Source: Haplodiscus bocki (lineage: Eukaryota). Taken from it: a DNA stretch of 64,000 bases. This document shows positions 63,290 to 64,000 of the stretch, in pieces; the first letter of the stretch is position 1; every line of letters begins with the position of its first letter. The notes beneath the pieces were generated by a model. It saw only the letters and a program-made list of their open reading frames with translations. It made no database searches and was not told where the DNA came from. Location of the stretch: the NCBI GenBank assembly GCA_965655095.1, contig OZ296650.1:94178001-94242000 (forward strand), read 5' to 3'. The position numbers were made by a program, and so were the translations under genes.

Positions 63290-63347
63290 TTTCGGACTCA
63301 TGGCAATTAAACATCAATTTCGGACTCATGGTCTTTCGGACTCATGG
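63290..63347 (+). repeat. Short repeat tttcggactcatgg x3
   Basis: Seen directly at ~63290, 63318, 63334. Confidence 0.7.
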
Positions 63348-64000
63348 GAATACACTGTTCCACTTCATTTCACCTTCTCCAACTGTCATTCAATTCTATT
63401 CATTTTATGAACCAATTCAATTTAATACAAATCATTTCTTTTACAATAAATTAATTCATGTTAAGCCGTCGTGTTCTGTCACGATTACATTTTTTTGCTT
63501 AAAACTGTAGTATAGCATTTTACATATGTATCAGATTTCAACCACGTTTGAAGGAAATCTTTAGAAACTCAAAATTTTGTTGCAGTTAAGCCATGTTATA
63601 TAGAATTTTAATTGGTCTATTACAGAGTTTATTTGGAATTTTATGGAAATTTTTTCGAAGTTTCCTTCGAAATTTGATATGTTGTTCTGCAAAAGTGTCA
63701 ACAAATTTTGTTTATGACTTCTAAAGTTAGTTACAATTAAAAGCTTGAATAATTTTTCCCGTCCAACCGTTGAAACTTCTTTTGGAGCACATTACTGGTT
63801 CCATCAAAAAGTAGAAATCCATACAAAGAAGTACTTAAAATCTAAAACTCTTGAATTTTACAATATTTAGAGCCAGAGTGACGTTAACAAGAGCTTCTTG
63901 TCAGTTTCTCCTGTAATTTGGTTGTCAATTTGCTTGATAGCTTCTGGCTTGCCAGAAGGTAAAGATGTATGTTAGTCAATGATCTTCTTGTCACGGAAGG

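Noticed and set aside
63870-64000. 3' end of a minus-strand gene at the window edge
   Set aside because: Only a few codons (..FRDKKIID*) are visible; insufficient support.

Overview
AT-rich eukaryotic (animal-type) genomic DNA, mostly decayed transposable elements, with two apparently intact host coding exons. The host exons are a USP19-like deubiquitinase with a MYND finger inside its catalytic domain (35643-37952, -) and a large low-complexity terminal exon of an unidentified gene (20431-22430, -). The TEs include three degenerate Ty3/Gypsy LTR retrotransposons, two head-to-head CR1/L2-type LINEs with (CTA)n tails, and a complete but inactivated Merlin (IS1595/ISXO2-like) DNA transposon with TIRs and a perfect 8-bp TSD plus related MITEs. 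There are also Helitron/Helentron-like non-autonomous repeats, tRNA-derived units and satellites. The most interesting item is hidden across several broken ORFs at ~48366-52130 (-). Manual translation across stops and frameshifts gives SET methyltransferase domain - 25-aa acidic tandem repeat - C2H2 zinc finger - tyrosine recombinase (R/K/R/H/Y motifs) - C-terminal helical tail. This suggests a Crypton-like YR element carrying its own chromatin-writing domain. All family calls come from motif recognition by eye; no database search was run.
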